Part shown: positions 1 to 6,490 of the stretch, in pieces
Position numbering within the stretch: the stretch's first letter is position 1
Layout of the letters: each line of letters starts with the position of its first letter
Virus record (IMG/VR): IMGVR_UViG_3300027571_000004
Location: 1-64,000 of that record
From: a virus
Taxonomy: Duplodnaviria; Caudoviricetes
Length of the DNA: 64,000 nt
Strand: one strand, 5' to 3'
The notes under the pieces: generated by a model
Told to the model about the DNA's origin: nothing
Seen by the model: only the letters and a program-made list of their open reading frames with translations
Databases searched by the model: none
Position numbers and translations under genes: made by a program

Positions 1-169
1 CAATTAAGCGGTTATAGTCCTCATCATAGGCTGCGTCAATAGCCTCAATACAAGGGGCAACCATTTCTGAGGGTACGGGTGGATAGTGATTACCTTCCAA
101 GTGATAAAGTAATTGTGTTTCAAGGTCTAGTACCTCATCTTTTATTCCTAGTGCTGTTACTGATCCCAT
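1..169 (-). CDS. hypothetical phage protein, 5' part (runs off the window)
   Basis: Hand-translated MGSVTALGIKDEVLDLETQLLYHLEGNHYPPVPSEMVAPCIEAIDAAYDEDYNRLI...; starts 3 nt after the stop of the upstream ORF. Confidence 0.75.
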   Translation of the reverse strand, partial: MGSVTALGIKDEVLDLETQLLYHLEGNHYPPVPSEMVAPCIEAIDAAYDEDYNRLI

Positions 170-172
170 TAT

Positions 173-337
173 TTATACCTCTACGCTTTCGTTGTTGTTA
201 GTTAATTGCTTTATGTCCGCAACATAGACATTATCTTTATCTATTCCATACTTTAATTGGAATTGAAAGACATCTATGGCTTCATCATAGTTTTCTGCTT
301 GGACATCTATGTAGGTTAGAAATTCAAAAGTTTCCAT
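173..337 (-). CDS. small hypothetical protein (54 aa)
   Basis: Hand-translated METFEFLTYIDVQAENYDEAIDVFQFQLKYG...; TAATG coupling to the upstream ORF. Confidence 0.7.
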   Translation of the reverse strand: METFEFLTYIDVQAENYDEAIDVFQFQLKYGIDKDNVYVADIKQLTNNNESVEV

Positions 338-558
338 TATTTTGATACCACCATTCCTGTTGTGTAAAAAGTTTTTGTGTGTAACTTACCTGAAGGTTCA
401 GATAAATTAACTACCCTGTATTCTTTAGCATCTCCATAGTCAATAAAACTATTAAAGACATTTACTGCGTCAAGGGCATTAGAATAGCGTCCAACCCAAA
501 GTGTATTGGTGTCACTATCATTGGTGCTAGTTACTGAGTATAGGTATTCATTATTCAT
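337..558 (-). CDS. hypothetical protein (73 aa)
   Basis: ORF track; AAGGAG RBS; stop/start overlaps on both sides. Confidence 0.8.
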   Translation of the reverse strand: MNNEYLYSVTSTNDSDTNTLWVGRYSNALDAVNVFNSFIDYGDAKEYRVVNLSEPSGKLHTKTFYTTGMVVSK

Positions 559-710
559 TAGTTATTCTCCTTAGTGATAAATAATTGGTGTGGATTACAA
601 TCGCAAGACTCTGTATCAAAGTCCTCACCCTGTGCCCAAAATTGCCAACCTTGCCCATAGCATTTTTCGCAATTTTCTATTTCTGTGTATAGTGTTTTCA
701 TTACTCCCAT
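558..710 (-). CDS. small Zn-finger-like protein (CxxC...CxC, 50 aa)
   Basis: Hand-translated MGVMKTLYTEIENCEKCYGQGW...SCDCNP; fills the gap in the operon exactly. Confidence 0.7.
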   Translation of the reverse strand: MGVMKTLYTEIENCEKCYGQGWQFWAQGEDFDTESCDCNPHQLFITKENN

Positions 711-711
711 T

Positions 712-915
712 TTAATTTTCTACCTTTACTGCTACTGTACGGCATACGACTTTTCCAAAATTATTAGGGCGTACTTCCACTAGATAACTTTCGCAACCCT
801 GATACCATACGGCTTTAGGGTGTATCTCTGCTGAGATAATTTCTCCTGTAAGGGTACGGGAGCGGTATTGTGTTCCTACAAGTAGGTGTTCTATTGTATA
901 GACATTTGCTGACAT
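712..915 (-). CDS. hypothetical protein (67 aa)
   Basis: ORF track; GAGG RBS; first gene after the promoter at 948-972. Confidence 0.8.
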   Translation of the reverse strand: MSANVYTIEHLLVGTQYRSRTLTGEIISAEIHPKAVWYQGCESYLVEVRPNNFGKVVCRTVAVKVEN

Positions 916-947
916 TTGCCAACCTCTTTCTTTTTGTTGTTAATTCT

Positions 948-972
948 ATCCTACCATGAGGGTCTGACATTT
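948..972 (-). promoter_or_regulatory. AAATGTCAG-N7-TGG-TAGGAT promoter (copy 1)
   Basis: Same 25-bp geometry at 2006-2030, 3087-3111 and 3935-3959, each just upstream of an operon. Confidence 0.8.
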
Positions 973-1093
973 CTGCTAGACACGCCCAAAGTAAATAGAC
1001 TTTCTTTTTTTACTTACTATGTAAGTCTAGCCTATTAGACATAAATTATCAACCTACTAGCCAGTAAGTCCAAATGGTGAGACGCTCAAGCCA

Positions 1094-1109
1094 TGTGATA
1101 AATCTCACA
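1094..1109. promoter_or_regulatory. CRP/GlxR-type box TGTGA-N6-TCACA
   Basis: tgtgataaatctcaca, perfect consensus, intergenic. Confidence 0.7.
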
Positions 1110-1132
1110 GCGTGGCAACACGCCCGAACGCG

Positions 1133-1152
1133 TCGATGAAATTTTTATCGGC
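1133..1152. repeat. 20-bp module-boundary repeat TCGATGAAATTTTTATCGGC (copy 1)
   Basis: Identical at 3190-3209; partial copies at 2212-2228, 4025-4032 and 4123-4134. Confidence 0.85.
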
Positions 1153-1190
1153 AAAAAATTGAGCAGTTTTAAATCTTGCTCAGGATTTTT
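1153..1190 (-). terminator. intrinsic terminator, possibly bidirectional
   Basis: tgagca...tgctca stem flanked by an A-run and a T-run, after the operon 1195-1970. Confidence 0.55.
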
Positions 1191-1194
1191 TATT

Positions 1195-1347
1195 TTATTT
1201 ATTAAGTCGTTCAGTTCGCAACGCAACTTGTAATCTGCGAATTTCTTTATGCTGTTCAATATTTTGTTTCCAAAATAAACACATCATAGTTACAGATCCA
1301 GCAAGCGCAATTGTAATTGCGATTAGTGTTCCAGTATCTAAAATCAT
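1195..1347 (-). CDS. small membrane-anchored protein (50 aa)
   Basis: Hand-translated MILDTGTLIAITIALAGSVTMMCLFWKQ...; overlaps the end of the upstream ORF by a few nt. Confidence 0.7.
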   Translation of the reverse strand: MILDTGTLIAITIALAGSVTMMCLFWKQNIEQHKEIRRLQVALRTERLNK

Positions 1348-1544
1348 TTAGTCATCTCCAATTCTTTATAGCAAGCAATAGCAAATTTAGTTGAGTCAAA
1401 TCTTGGGTTATCTGTTTCAAACATTAGAGAAAATTCATCTACTAAGTCAGCAAATAAAATTTCTCCTTGTTCATCAAAAACAGAAGTAGCAAAATAATTG
1501 CTAAGAATTTCAGCAGTAGCAACATAGTCTTTACGGGTCATCAT
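1344..1544 (-). CDS. hypothetical phage protein (MTRKDY...DNPRFD type)
   Basis: ORF track; this motif pattern recurs in small phage proteins. Confidence 0.75.
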   Translation of the reverse strand: MMTRKDYVATAEILSNYFATSVFDEQGEILFADLVDEFSLMFETDNPRFDSTKFAIACYKELEMTK

Positions 1545-1753
1545 TAGTTTGCCACCTTTAGAATTGCGTATGAACCGCGCTCATTGATTTCTTTAAGTTC
1601 AGGCTCTAAGGCAGGCGCAATTAAATCTTTTAGCATACTTTCAAGTAATTGAATTCGTGTGAATTCATCAAGTGCTAAGACCTGTTGAGCGATTGGGTGA
1701 GTTTCATCAAATTCTGTTACGAATTTTAGATTGTGTTCTATTGAGATTGTCAT
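1544..1753 (-). CDS. hypothetical protein (69 aa)
   Basis: ORF track; coupled to the downstream ORF. Confidence 0.75.
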   Translation of the reverse strand: MTISIEHNLKFVTEFDETHPIAQQVLALDEFTRIQLLESMLKDLIAPALEPELKEINERGSYAILKVAN

Positions 1754-1772
1754 TTATTTTATTTCCTATTCT

Positions 1773-1970
1773 TTAGTTTGAGTTTGAGGGGATTAGAGTG
1801 CCACGCATTGTGCCACTAATTCCAAGAGAGTCACAAGCGACTCTAACGGATACGCCAACAGGTAATTGAGTTGGGTAAGTTGAGATGAATTGAGCAACCG
1901 CACCTTTAGAGGGTAGGCTGATTGTTTTTACAGAACCATTAAAGGTTTCTAGTTTTAGAGTGTAAGTCAT
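1773..1970 (-). CDS. hypothetical protein (65 aa)
   Basis: ORF track; AAAGGAAG RBS; downstream of the promoter at 2006-2030. Confidence 0.75.
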   Translation of the reverse strand: MTYTLKLETFNGSVKTISLPSKGAVAQFISTYPTQLPVGVSVRVACDSLGISGTMRGTLIPSNSN

Positions 1971-2005
1971 TATTTGACTTCCTTTCGTTTTTAAGTGATA
2001 AGACT

Positions 2006-2030
2006 ATCTTACCATTAGGGGCTGACATTT
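2006..2030 (-). promoter_or_regulatory. AAATGTCAG-N7-TGG-TAAGAT promoter (copy 2)
   Basis: Conserved motif and spacing. Confidence 0.8.
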
Positions 2031-2037
2031 TGGCTAC

Positions 2038-2089
2038 TTATTTGCTAAGGCTCACTGTGATACTGGTCACATTTATTTGCTTAGGCTCA
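2038..2089 (-). repeat. two TGAGCCT(T/A)AGCAAATAA repeats flanking a perfect CRP-type box (2056-2071)
   Basis: Copies at 2038-2054 and 2073-2089; near-identical motif on + strand at 4243-4258 and 4276-4291. Confidence 0.8.
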
Positions 2090-2131
2090 TTAGCCAATTT
2101 GTCCTTTATTTAATTTTTTTCTATACCTAGA

Positions 2132-2160
2132 AGTATAGCAGACCAAACCCCAAAAGTCAA
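2132..2160 (-). promoter_or_regulatory. sigma70/SigA-type promoter TTGACT-17-TATACT with extended -10
   Basis: Reverse complement TTGACTtttggggtttggtcTGcTATACT; CRP-like box upstream at 2192-2207. Confidence 0.8.
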
Positions 2161-2256
2161 ATTTAGACACGCACAAATCGGACATTTTGACTATGATTTA
2201 CATCACATTTTGCCGATGAAAAAATCGCAGTTTCTACACTGCGACCTTTCTTTTAT

Positions 2257-2400
2257 TTATTCAACAGGTAAAATTTCAAACACATCAAAATTTTCTAATT
2301 CGCTTTCACTAAGTTTAGTAAAAATTTTATTTAAATTAAAAACTGCTTGTAGATCTGTATCTGCTTCAGTTACAAAACTGATTAAAACATTTCTTTTCAT
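2257..2400 (-). CDS. small hypothetical protein (47 aa)
   Basis: Hand-translated MKRNVLISFVTEADTDLQAVF...; followed by hairpin tcgcag...ctgcga at 2225-2244. Confidence 0.65.
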   Translation of the reverse strand: MKRNVLISFVTEADTDLQAVFNLNKIFTKLSESELENFDVFEILPVE

Positions 2401-2565
2401 TTACTTTCCTTTCTTGTATAAGAAATCCCACGCCTTACGGCATAAGATGATTGACTTACAGTTATCACAACAGATAACACCATGAGGGTTTAAGTCAAGG
2501 TCATAGATGTCTATGCTAGTGCTAACCGCACCGCATACTGATTTAATTGGTACATAGGTACTCAT
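2401..2565 (-). CDS. small Cys-rich protein (54 aa)
   Basis: Hand-translated MSTYVPIKSVCGAV...ICCDNCKSIILCRKAW. Confidence 0.65.
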   Translation of the reverse strand: MSTYVPIKSVCGAVSTSIDIYDLDLNPHGVICCDNCKSIILCRKAWDFLYKKGK

Positions 2566-2684
2566 TTATTTTCCTCTTTCATTTTTTCTTGAATTGCTTT
2601 TGATTTCATTAGGGCTTCTAAGCCTTTACCTAATGAGGCAAGGCGTTGAGCCTCTACCATTTGTTTGTATTCATCTAATTTCAT
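2562..2684 (-). CDS. small hypothetical protein (40 aa)
   Basis: Hand-translated MKLDEYKQMVEAQRLASL...; ATGA overlaps on both sides. Confidence 0.65.
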   Translation of the reverse strand: MKLDEYKQMVEAQRLASLGKGLEALMKSKAIQEKMKEENK

Positions 2685-2803
2685 TTAGAGTAACTACCTT
2701 TCTTTATTGCCTCATCTAGCATTTTTGCTAAATCAGGGTGAATTCCTAATGCTGGACTTTCCCAGTAGGTTTCTAATTCTAATTTTTCTACAAAATCTTT
2801 CAT
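2681..2803 (-). CDS. small hypothetical protein (40 aa)
   Basis: Hand-translated MKDFVEKLELETYWESPALG...; GGGAG RBS. Confidence 0.6.
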   Translation of the reverse strand: MKDFVEKLELETYWESPALGIHPDLAKMLDEAIKKGSYSK

Positions 2804-2808
2804 TAGTA

Positions 2809-3033
2809 TTACTCCCAACTTCTATTAGTAGCGTACACCTTGCGAGTGCTAGGTGTGTAGTTTTCTAACTCTGTTAGAGAAACTTCTAGGATAGTACCTT
2901 TAAGAGATACTAAGTCTAGGTATTCGTTAGCGTAGACTTCGCTAGGCACTACTAGAGTCGTAGTGCTAAACTCTCTTGATAGAGGATAGTTAGGGTTAGA
3001 GTTATGCTCTACCTTGTAGGTTAGTGAAAACAT
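2809..3033 (-). CDS. hypothetical protein (74 aa)
   Basis: ORF track; AAAGGA RBS; downstream of the promoter at 3087-3111. Confidence 0.75.
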   Translation of the reverse strand: MFSLTYKVEHNSNPNYPLSREFSTTTLVVPSEVYANEYLDLVSLKGTILEVSLTELENYTPSTRKVYATNRSWE

Positions 3034-3086
3034 TTTGTTTTCCTTTCTTTAAGAGATTTACTTATTGTTCAATCTTTATACTAGTA

Positions 3087-3111
3087 AGTATAGCACGGGG
3101 TACTGACATTT
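3087..3111 (-). promoter_or_regulatory. AAATGTCAG-N7-TGC-TATACT promoter (copy 3)
   Basis: Conserved motif and spacing. Confidence 0.8.
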
Positions 3112-3146
3112 TGACCTGTATTTCGGGCGTGTCTGAAAAGTATTTT

Positions 3147-3187
3147 TGTGATAAACCTCACATAAGTTATACACAGCCTGTGGATAA
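3147..3187. promoter_or_regulatory. perfect CRP-type box (3147-3162) followed by an inverted pair of DnaA boxes (3167-3175, 3179-3187)
   Basis: tgtgataaacctcaca; TTATACACA-gcc-TGTGGATAA. Confidence 0.7.
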
Positions 3188-3189
3188 CC

Positions 3190-3209
3190 TCGATGAAATT
3201 TTTATCGGC
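3190..3209. repeat. 20-bp module-boundary repeat (copy 2)
   Basis: Identical to 1133-1152. Confidence 0.85.
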
Positions 3210-3214
3210 GATTT

Positions 3215-3316
3215 TTATTCACTTTTTACAGATAAATAAAAACCGCTAATTAAACAGATCATAGAAAACCAAAACAATGCGTTTCCACTTTCAAAAAAAG
3301 TTTGATAAAAACTCAT
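3215..3316 (-). CDS. tiny hydrophobic protein (33 aa)
   Basis: Hand-translated MSFYQTFFESGNALFWFSMICLISGFYLSVKSE; ATGA overlap. Confidence 0.55.
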   Translation of the reverse strand: MSFYQTFFESGNALFWFSMICLISGFYLSVKSE

Positions 3317-3453
3317 TTTTTATAAACCTTCTTTCCATAGTATTCATCAAATTCAGTTATAGTCATTAGACCTTTATACTCATTACAGAAACCGCAAAAT
3401 AGCGTTCCCTGAGAATAAGTGTTTTCACAAAAGCAACAAATTAGAGTACTCAT
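3313..3453 (-). CDS. small Zn-ribbon protein (46 aa)
   Basis: Hand-translated MSTLICCFCENTYSQGTLFCGFCNEYKG... Confidence 0.7.
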   Translation of the reverse strand: MSTLICCFCENTYSQGTLFCGFCNEYKGLMTITEFDEYYGKKVYKK

Positions 3454-3641
3454 TATTTAGACACATACCAATCTGTCCACATAGGTAGACGCTCAGGGTC
3501 ACCATCATAGTAGTAACGCTCAATGTTATTTTCACAATCTTGACAGAAAGTAAATTGCTCATCTCCAATTTCTGAGATAGCAGATTTCATTGGATTGTGC
3601 TCTACGCACTTTTTATTTTCTAGTGTTATCATTTTTGACAA
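3453..3641 (-). CDS. hypothetical protein with CxxH/CxxC motifs
   Basis: ORF track; AAAGG RBS. Confidence 0.7.
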   Translation of the reverse strand: MSKMITLENKKCVEHNPMKSAISEIGDEQFTFCQDCENNIERYYYDGDPERLPMWTDWYVSK

Positions 3642-3688
3642 CCTTTCTTTTTTTTATTAGTTAATTTTTATTAAGTTTTTTTATCTAA

Positions 3689-3883
3689 TTACTTAGATGT
3701 TGGAAGTGAGTTACCACAGCGACTATGGTAGCATTTTCTACCATACTTGTCACCTTCTGGTGTACACATTTCGTGGATTGTAGCAGGTGCTAAAACAACC
3801 TGACCACATTGGCAGGTATTCATTAAACCTGCTGGGTAATCGCTTACTGTAGCGAATCCCTGACCAAAGATACTATTTGACAT
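3689..3883 (-). CDS. small Cys/His-rich protein (64 aa)
   Basis: ORF track; AAAGGA RBS; first gene after the promoter at 3935-3959. Confidence 0.7.
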   Translation of the reverse strand: MSNSIFGQGFATVSDYPAGLMNTCQCGQVVLAPATIHEMCTPEGDKYGRKCYHSRCGNSLPTSK

Positions 3884-3934
3884 TTTATGTCCTTTCTAAG
3901 TTTGAGAACCTTTCTCAACTTTCTTTATACTGTA

Positions 3935-3959
3935 AGTATAGCAGGGGGGTCTGACATTT
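3935..3959 (-). promoter_or_regulatory. AAATGTCAG-N7-TGC-TATACT promoter (copy 4)
   Basis: Conserved motif and spacing. Confidence 0.8.
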
Positions 3960-3989
3960 AGGGGGGTATAAAACGGACATTGTGGACAT

Positions 3990-4021
3990 TGTGATGTAGC
4001 ACACATGTGATATAGACCACA
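3990..4021. promoter_or_regulatory. two abutting near-consensus CRP-type boxes
   Basis: TGTGA-tgtagc-ACACA and TGTGA-tataga-CCACA. Confidence 0.55.
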
Positions 4022-4035
4022 TTTGCCGATGATCT

Positions 4036-4122
4036 ATATAGGGGGTATATACATAGGGGGTACCTGTATGGGGGTACCTATATAGGGGTACCTGTATAGG
4101 GGGTGTGTATATAGGGGGGGTA
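4036..4122 (+). repeat. periodic G-tract array (six G4-G7 runs, about 14-15 bp period)
   Basis: Unit approximately (T)ATAGGGGGTACCTG; sits at the divergence point of transcription. Confidence 0.85.
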
Positions 4123-4138
4123 TTTTTTATCGGCGTTT

Positions 4139-4204
4139 TGTGATGGACATCACATGCGACACGCCGTGTTATAACTTGACTTTTAAGGGTAGATGTGTTA
4201 TTAT
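4139..4204 (+). promoter_or_regulatory. perfect CRP-type box (4139-4154), GACACGCC (4158-4165) and TTGACT-17-TATTAT promoter (4176-4204)
   Basis: Read directly; mirrors the arrangement at 2132-2207. Confidence 0.75.
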
Positions 4205-4242
4205 ACTAGTATAAGAAAAATTAAATAGAGTTAAAAGGTCAA

Positions 4243-4458
4243 TGAGCCTAGCAAATAAGATAACAAAAAGTTATATGAGCCTAGCAAATAAGTGACCTAA
4301 ATCACATAGTACACGCTCCACATAGTGAGACTACTAGTGAGTATACTAGACAGTACGGGAAATGTCTGCTAGTATTACTACTATAACAATTAAATAAAAA
4401 AGTTTGAGCCTTTAGGGTGAGCCTCTAGAAATAGAGCAAATAAATCTAAAGCAAATAA
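4243..4458 (+). repeat. TGAGCCTAGCAAATAA x2 plus partial GCAAATAA copies in a long untranslated leader
   Basis: Copies at 4243-4258 and 4276-4291, cores near 4436 and 4451; CRP-like box at 4291-4306. Confidence 0.75.
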
Positions 4459-4498
4459 AACTTAGCCCCTATTAACTAAAAAAGAAAGGTGGTCAAAA

Positions 4499-4708
4499 AT
4501 GACTACATTAAATAACTACTATAACGAAATACGCTCTGATATTGCTAAAGAGTTTGGATTAGAGGCAGCAGGTTACGCCCCTGTCCCTAAGTACGCATTG
4601 ACATTACGCCAATGTCAAATACTAAACAATAAGTACCCTATGGATAAGGCTAAGTATATTGTTAAACGCTACATGTCCCTATATGGTAACAAAAAGGTAG
4701 GTAAGTAA
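4499..4708 (+). CDS. hypothetical protein (69 aa)
   Basis: ORF track; GAAAGGTGG RBS. Confidence 0.75.
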   Translation: MTTLNNYYNEIRSDIAKEFGLEAAGYAPVPKYALTLRQCQILNNKYPMDKAKYIVKRYMSLYGNKKVGK

Positions 4709-4801
4709 ATGAGCCTACCCCTTATTGTCCTAGCCTTGTCAGTGCTATGCGCTATAATTGTACTAATCCCTACTATGTTAGATAAGGATAGCGAATTCTA
4801 A
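4709..4801 (+). CDS. tiny membrane peptide (30 aa)
   Basis: Hand-translated MSLPLIVLALSVLCAIIVLIPTMLDKDSEF. Confidence 0.55.
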   Translation: MSLPLIVLALSVLCAIIVLIPTMLDKDSEF

Positions 4802-4905
4802 TGCACCTATACCTATGTTCATCATGCAACACGCTTGCTATAGTGACACAAAAAAATAAACAAATAACAATCAACCCATGTTCATGCACAACAGAAAAGA
4901 GATAA
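4801..4905 (+). CDS. tiny CxxC...CxC protein (34 aa)
   Basis: Hand-translated MHLYLCSSCNTLAIV...NPCSCTTEKR; TAATG coupling. Confidence 0.55.
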   Translation: MHLYLCSSCNTLAIVTQKNKQITINPCSCTTEKR

Positions 4906-4909
4906 ATAA

Positions 4910-5119
4910 ATGAATACAAATACATGCAAGGTAATTAACTGTGACTCAACAGAATTGGTCTATAGTGGTACAGATGCCTTTATGCTAGGCATTAACACAG
5001 AAACCTATTGCTATAACTGTGCTAACGCATACGCACAGATAGATAGAGTTATGTCTAAGGTACGTCAAGATTACCTAGACTCACTCACTCCAGTATCAAC
5101 ACTCACTACATCAGACTAG
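4910..5119 (+). CDS. small protein with Cys pairs (69 aa)
   Basis: ORF track; CxxxxC and CxxC. Confidence 0.7.
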   Translation: MNTNTCKVINCDSTELVYSGTDAFMLGINTETYCYNCANAYAQIDRVMSKVRQDYLDSLTPVSTLTTSD

Positions 5120-5126
5120 GAGATAC

Positions 5127-5420
5127 ATGTTAGATTTTATTACATCACCATTTGAATGGTTTGCTAATGTAGTCCAATACTCACTTATTTTTATGGCAAT
5201 TATTATGTTAGTACTAACAATAGGCGCGGTAGTTGCAATACCTTTAGGATTAAAACTATTAGGTGTTGCATTTGCTAAAACTATTGTAGTAGAAACTAGT
5301 AAAGTGTTAAAAGATTTAGGTATTAACAAAATAGATGCTAAGCAATCTGAGGACATCAAAACACTCAAATACCACTATGACCAAAAGGTAGTCCCTATTT
5401 TAAGTAGGGTCAAAACATAG
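5127..5420 (+). CDS. membrane protein (97 aa)
   Basis: ORF track; long hydrophobic stretch; AGGAG RBS. Confidence 0.75.
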   Translation: MLDFITSPFEWFANVVQYSLIFMAIIMLVLTIGAVVAIPLGLKLLGVAFAKTIVVETSKVLKDLGINKIDAKQSEDIKTLKYHYDQKVVPILSRVKT

Positions 5421-5472
5421 TTAGTGGGGGCGGTACCATCCAATTAAATGAGGGTGGTACCCTATGCCTCAA

Positions 5473-5506
5473 CAATTTAGCAGATCAATTTAGCAGATCA
5501 ATTTAG
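5473..5506 (+). repeat. 13-bp tandem repeat CAATTTAGCAGAT x2.6
   Basis: Read directly; follows the hairpin ggtaccatcc...gggtggtacc. Confidence 0.7.
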
Positions 5507-5646
5507 TATCTGATCCACAATTATGTGCTCACTATTATTTTGATTTGCTTTTTTTAAAATTATGTATCGTACATTTAATAAAAATATTCAGATTTACCAC
5601 AAAGTGAAAATAAATAATTTTTCAGATTTTGTGCTATACTGAATCT

Positions 5647-5769
5647 ATGAAACTATTCCAGATCCTGTCTCCAAAAAAGGGTACATCTAAAGAAGCAATC
5701 GACATTGTTAAAGAAGAAGGCTGTGGTGGTAACTGTACCTGTAAGACTAATCCTTCTCAGTCTTCTTAA
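5647..5769 (+). CDS. leaderless 40-aa peptide with CGGNCTC motif
   Basis: TGcTATACT (-10 at 5635-5640) 6 nt before ATG; MKLFQILSPKKGTSKEAIDIVKEEGCGGNCTCKTNPSQSS. Confidence 0.5.
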   Translation: MKLFQILSPKKGTSKEAIDIVKEEGCGGNCTCKTNPSQSS

Positions 5770-6460
5770 AATCAGCAAAACGCTTCCTAGCAAGTTTTAA
5801 CTGTATCTCCGATATGTCATTATAGACAGAGTTGCGTCCTGTGCTTTCTGCTGCAAGAACAACAGTTCCTGTTCCTCCAAAGAGTTCTGAAACAGTATCT
5901 CCTTCAAGTGTAAACATCTTAATTAAGTGTTTGGTTAATTCTAATGACATTGCATCTGAGGTATATGCCAGGGTAGCGTATAACTCTCTCAATTGTTCAT
6001 GATCATTCTTAAACTCTAAAATAGGATTAAGGTGTTTGTTAATGTACTCTTTGTCATGTCTGGGAAGTCCTTTTGATAGATGTATAACATATGCGTAAGA
6101 AGGATAGATTCCATCAGCGGTTTCCTGATCATAGTATGACCAGACCATAGTAACATTATGTTGAAGATTTGATTTTTTTGCAACGGTAGATAGATATCTA
6201 TGCATCAAGTCATAATCTGATGATGGCAGAACCATAAGAATGCTTCCATTATGCTTTAAGGCTTTGGCTGCGTTGTGCGTAACCTTGACAAGATTTTTAA
6301 TAAAGGCTTTTTTGTTTTTTACTTTATTTAGTTGTTTTTCAGGTCTAGCATATCTATTGACGTCAACTCCAAAATACGGAGGGTGCAGAATAAACAACTC
6401 AATAGACTCATCTACAACAATTTCTTCCATAGCATCGCCATTTAAATATTCATGCTTCAT
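5747..6460 (-). CDS. N4/N6 amino-methyltransferase-like protein (beta-class motif order) with atypical HPPY motif
   Basis: GDAME...LFILHPPYFG near the N-terminus and ELFGGTGT SAM-binding motif near the C-terminus. Confidence 0.75.
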   Translation of the reverse strand: MKHEYLNGDAMEEIVVDESIELFILHPPYFGVDVNRYARPEKQLNKVKNKKAFIKNLVKVTHNAAKALKHNGSILMVLPSSDYDLMHRYLSTVAKKSNLQHNVTMVWSYYDQETADGIYPSYAYVIHLSKGLPRHDKEYINKHLNPILEFKNDHEQLRELYATLAYTSDAMSLELTKHLIKMFTLEGDTVSELFGGTGTVVLAAESTGRNSVYNDISEIQLKLARKRFADFKKTEKD

Positions 6461-6490
6461 AATTTACCTTATTCTGATCGTATATAAACA

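Noticed and set aside
2210-2485. Plus-strand 91-aa ORF (also 3024-3239 on + and 5111-5368 on -)
   Set aside because: Antisense to tightly coupled real ORFs or spanning regulatory motifs
900-4500. CRISPR-like array from the recurring intergenic repeats
   Set aside because: Repeats are of several types, irregularly spaced and separated by whole operons; no constant repeat-spacer period and no cas genes
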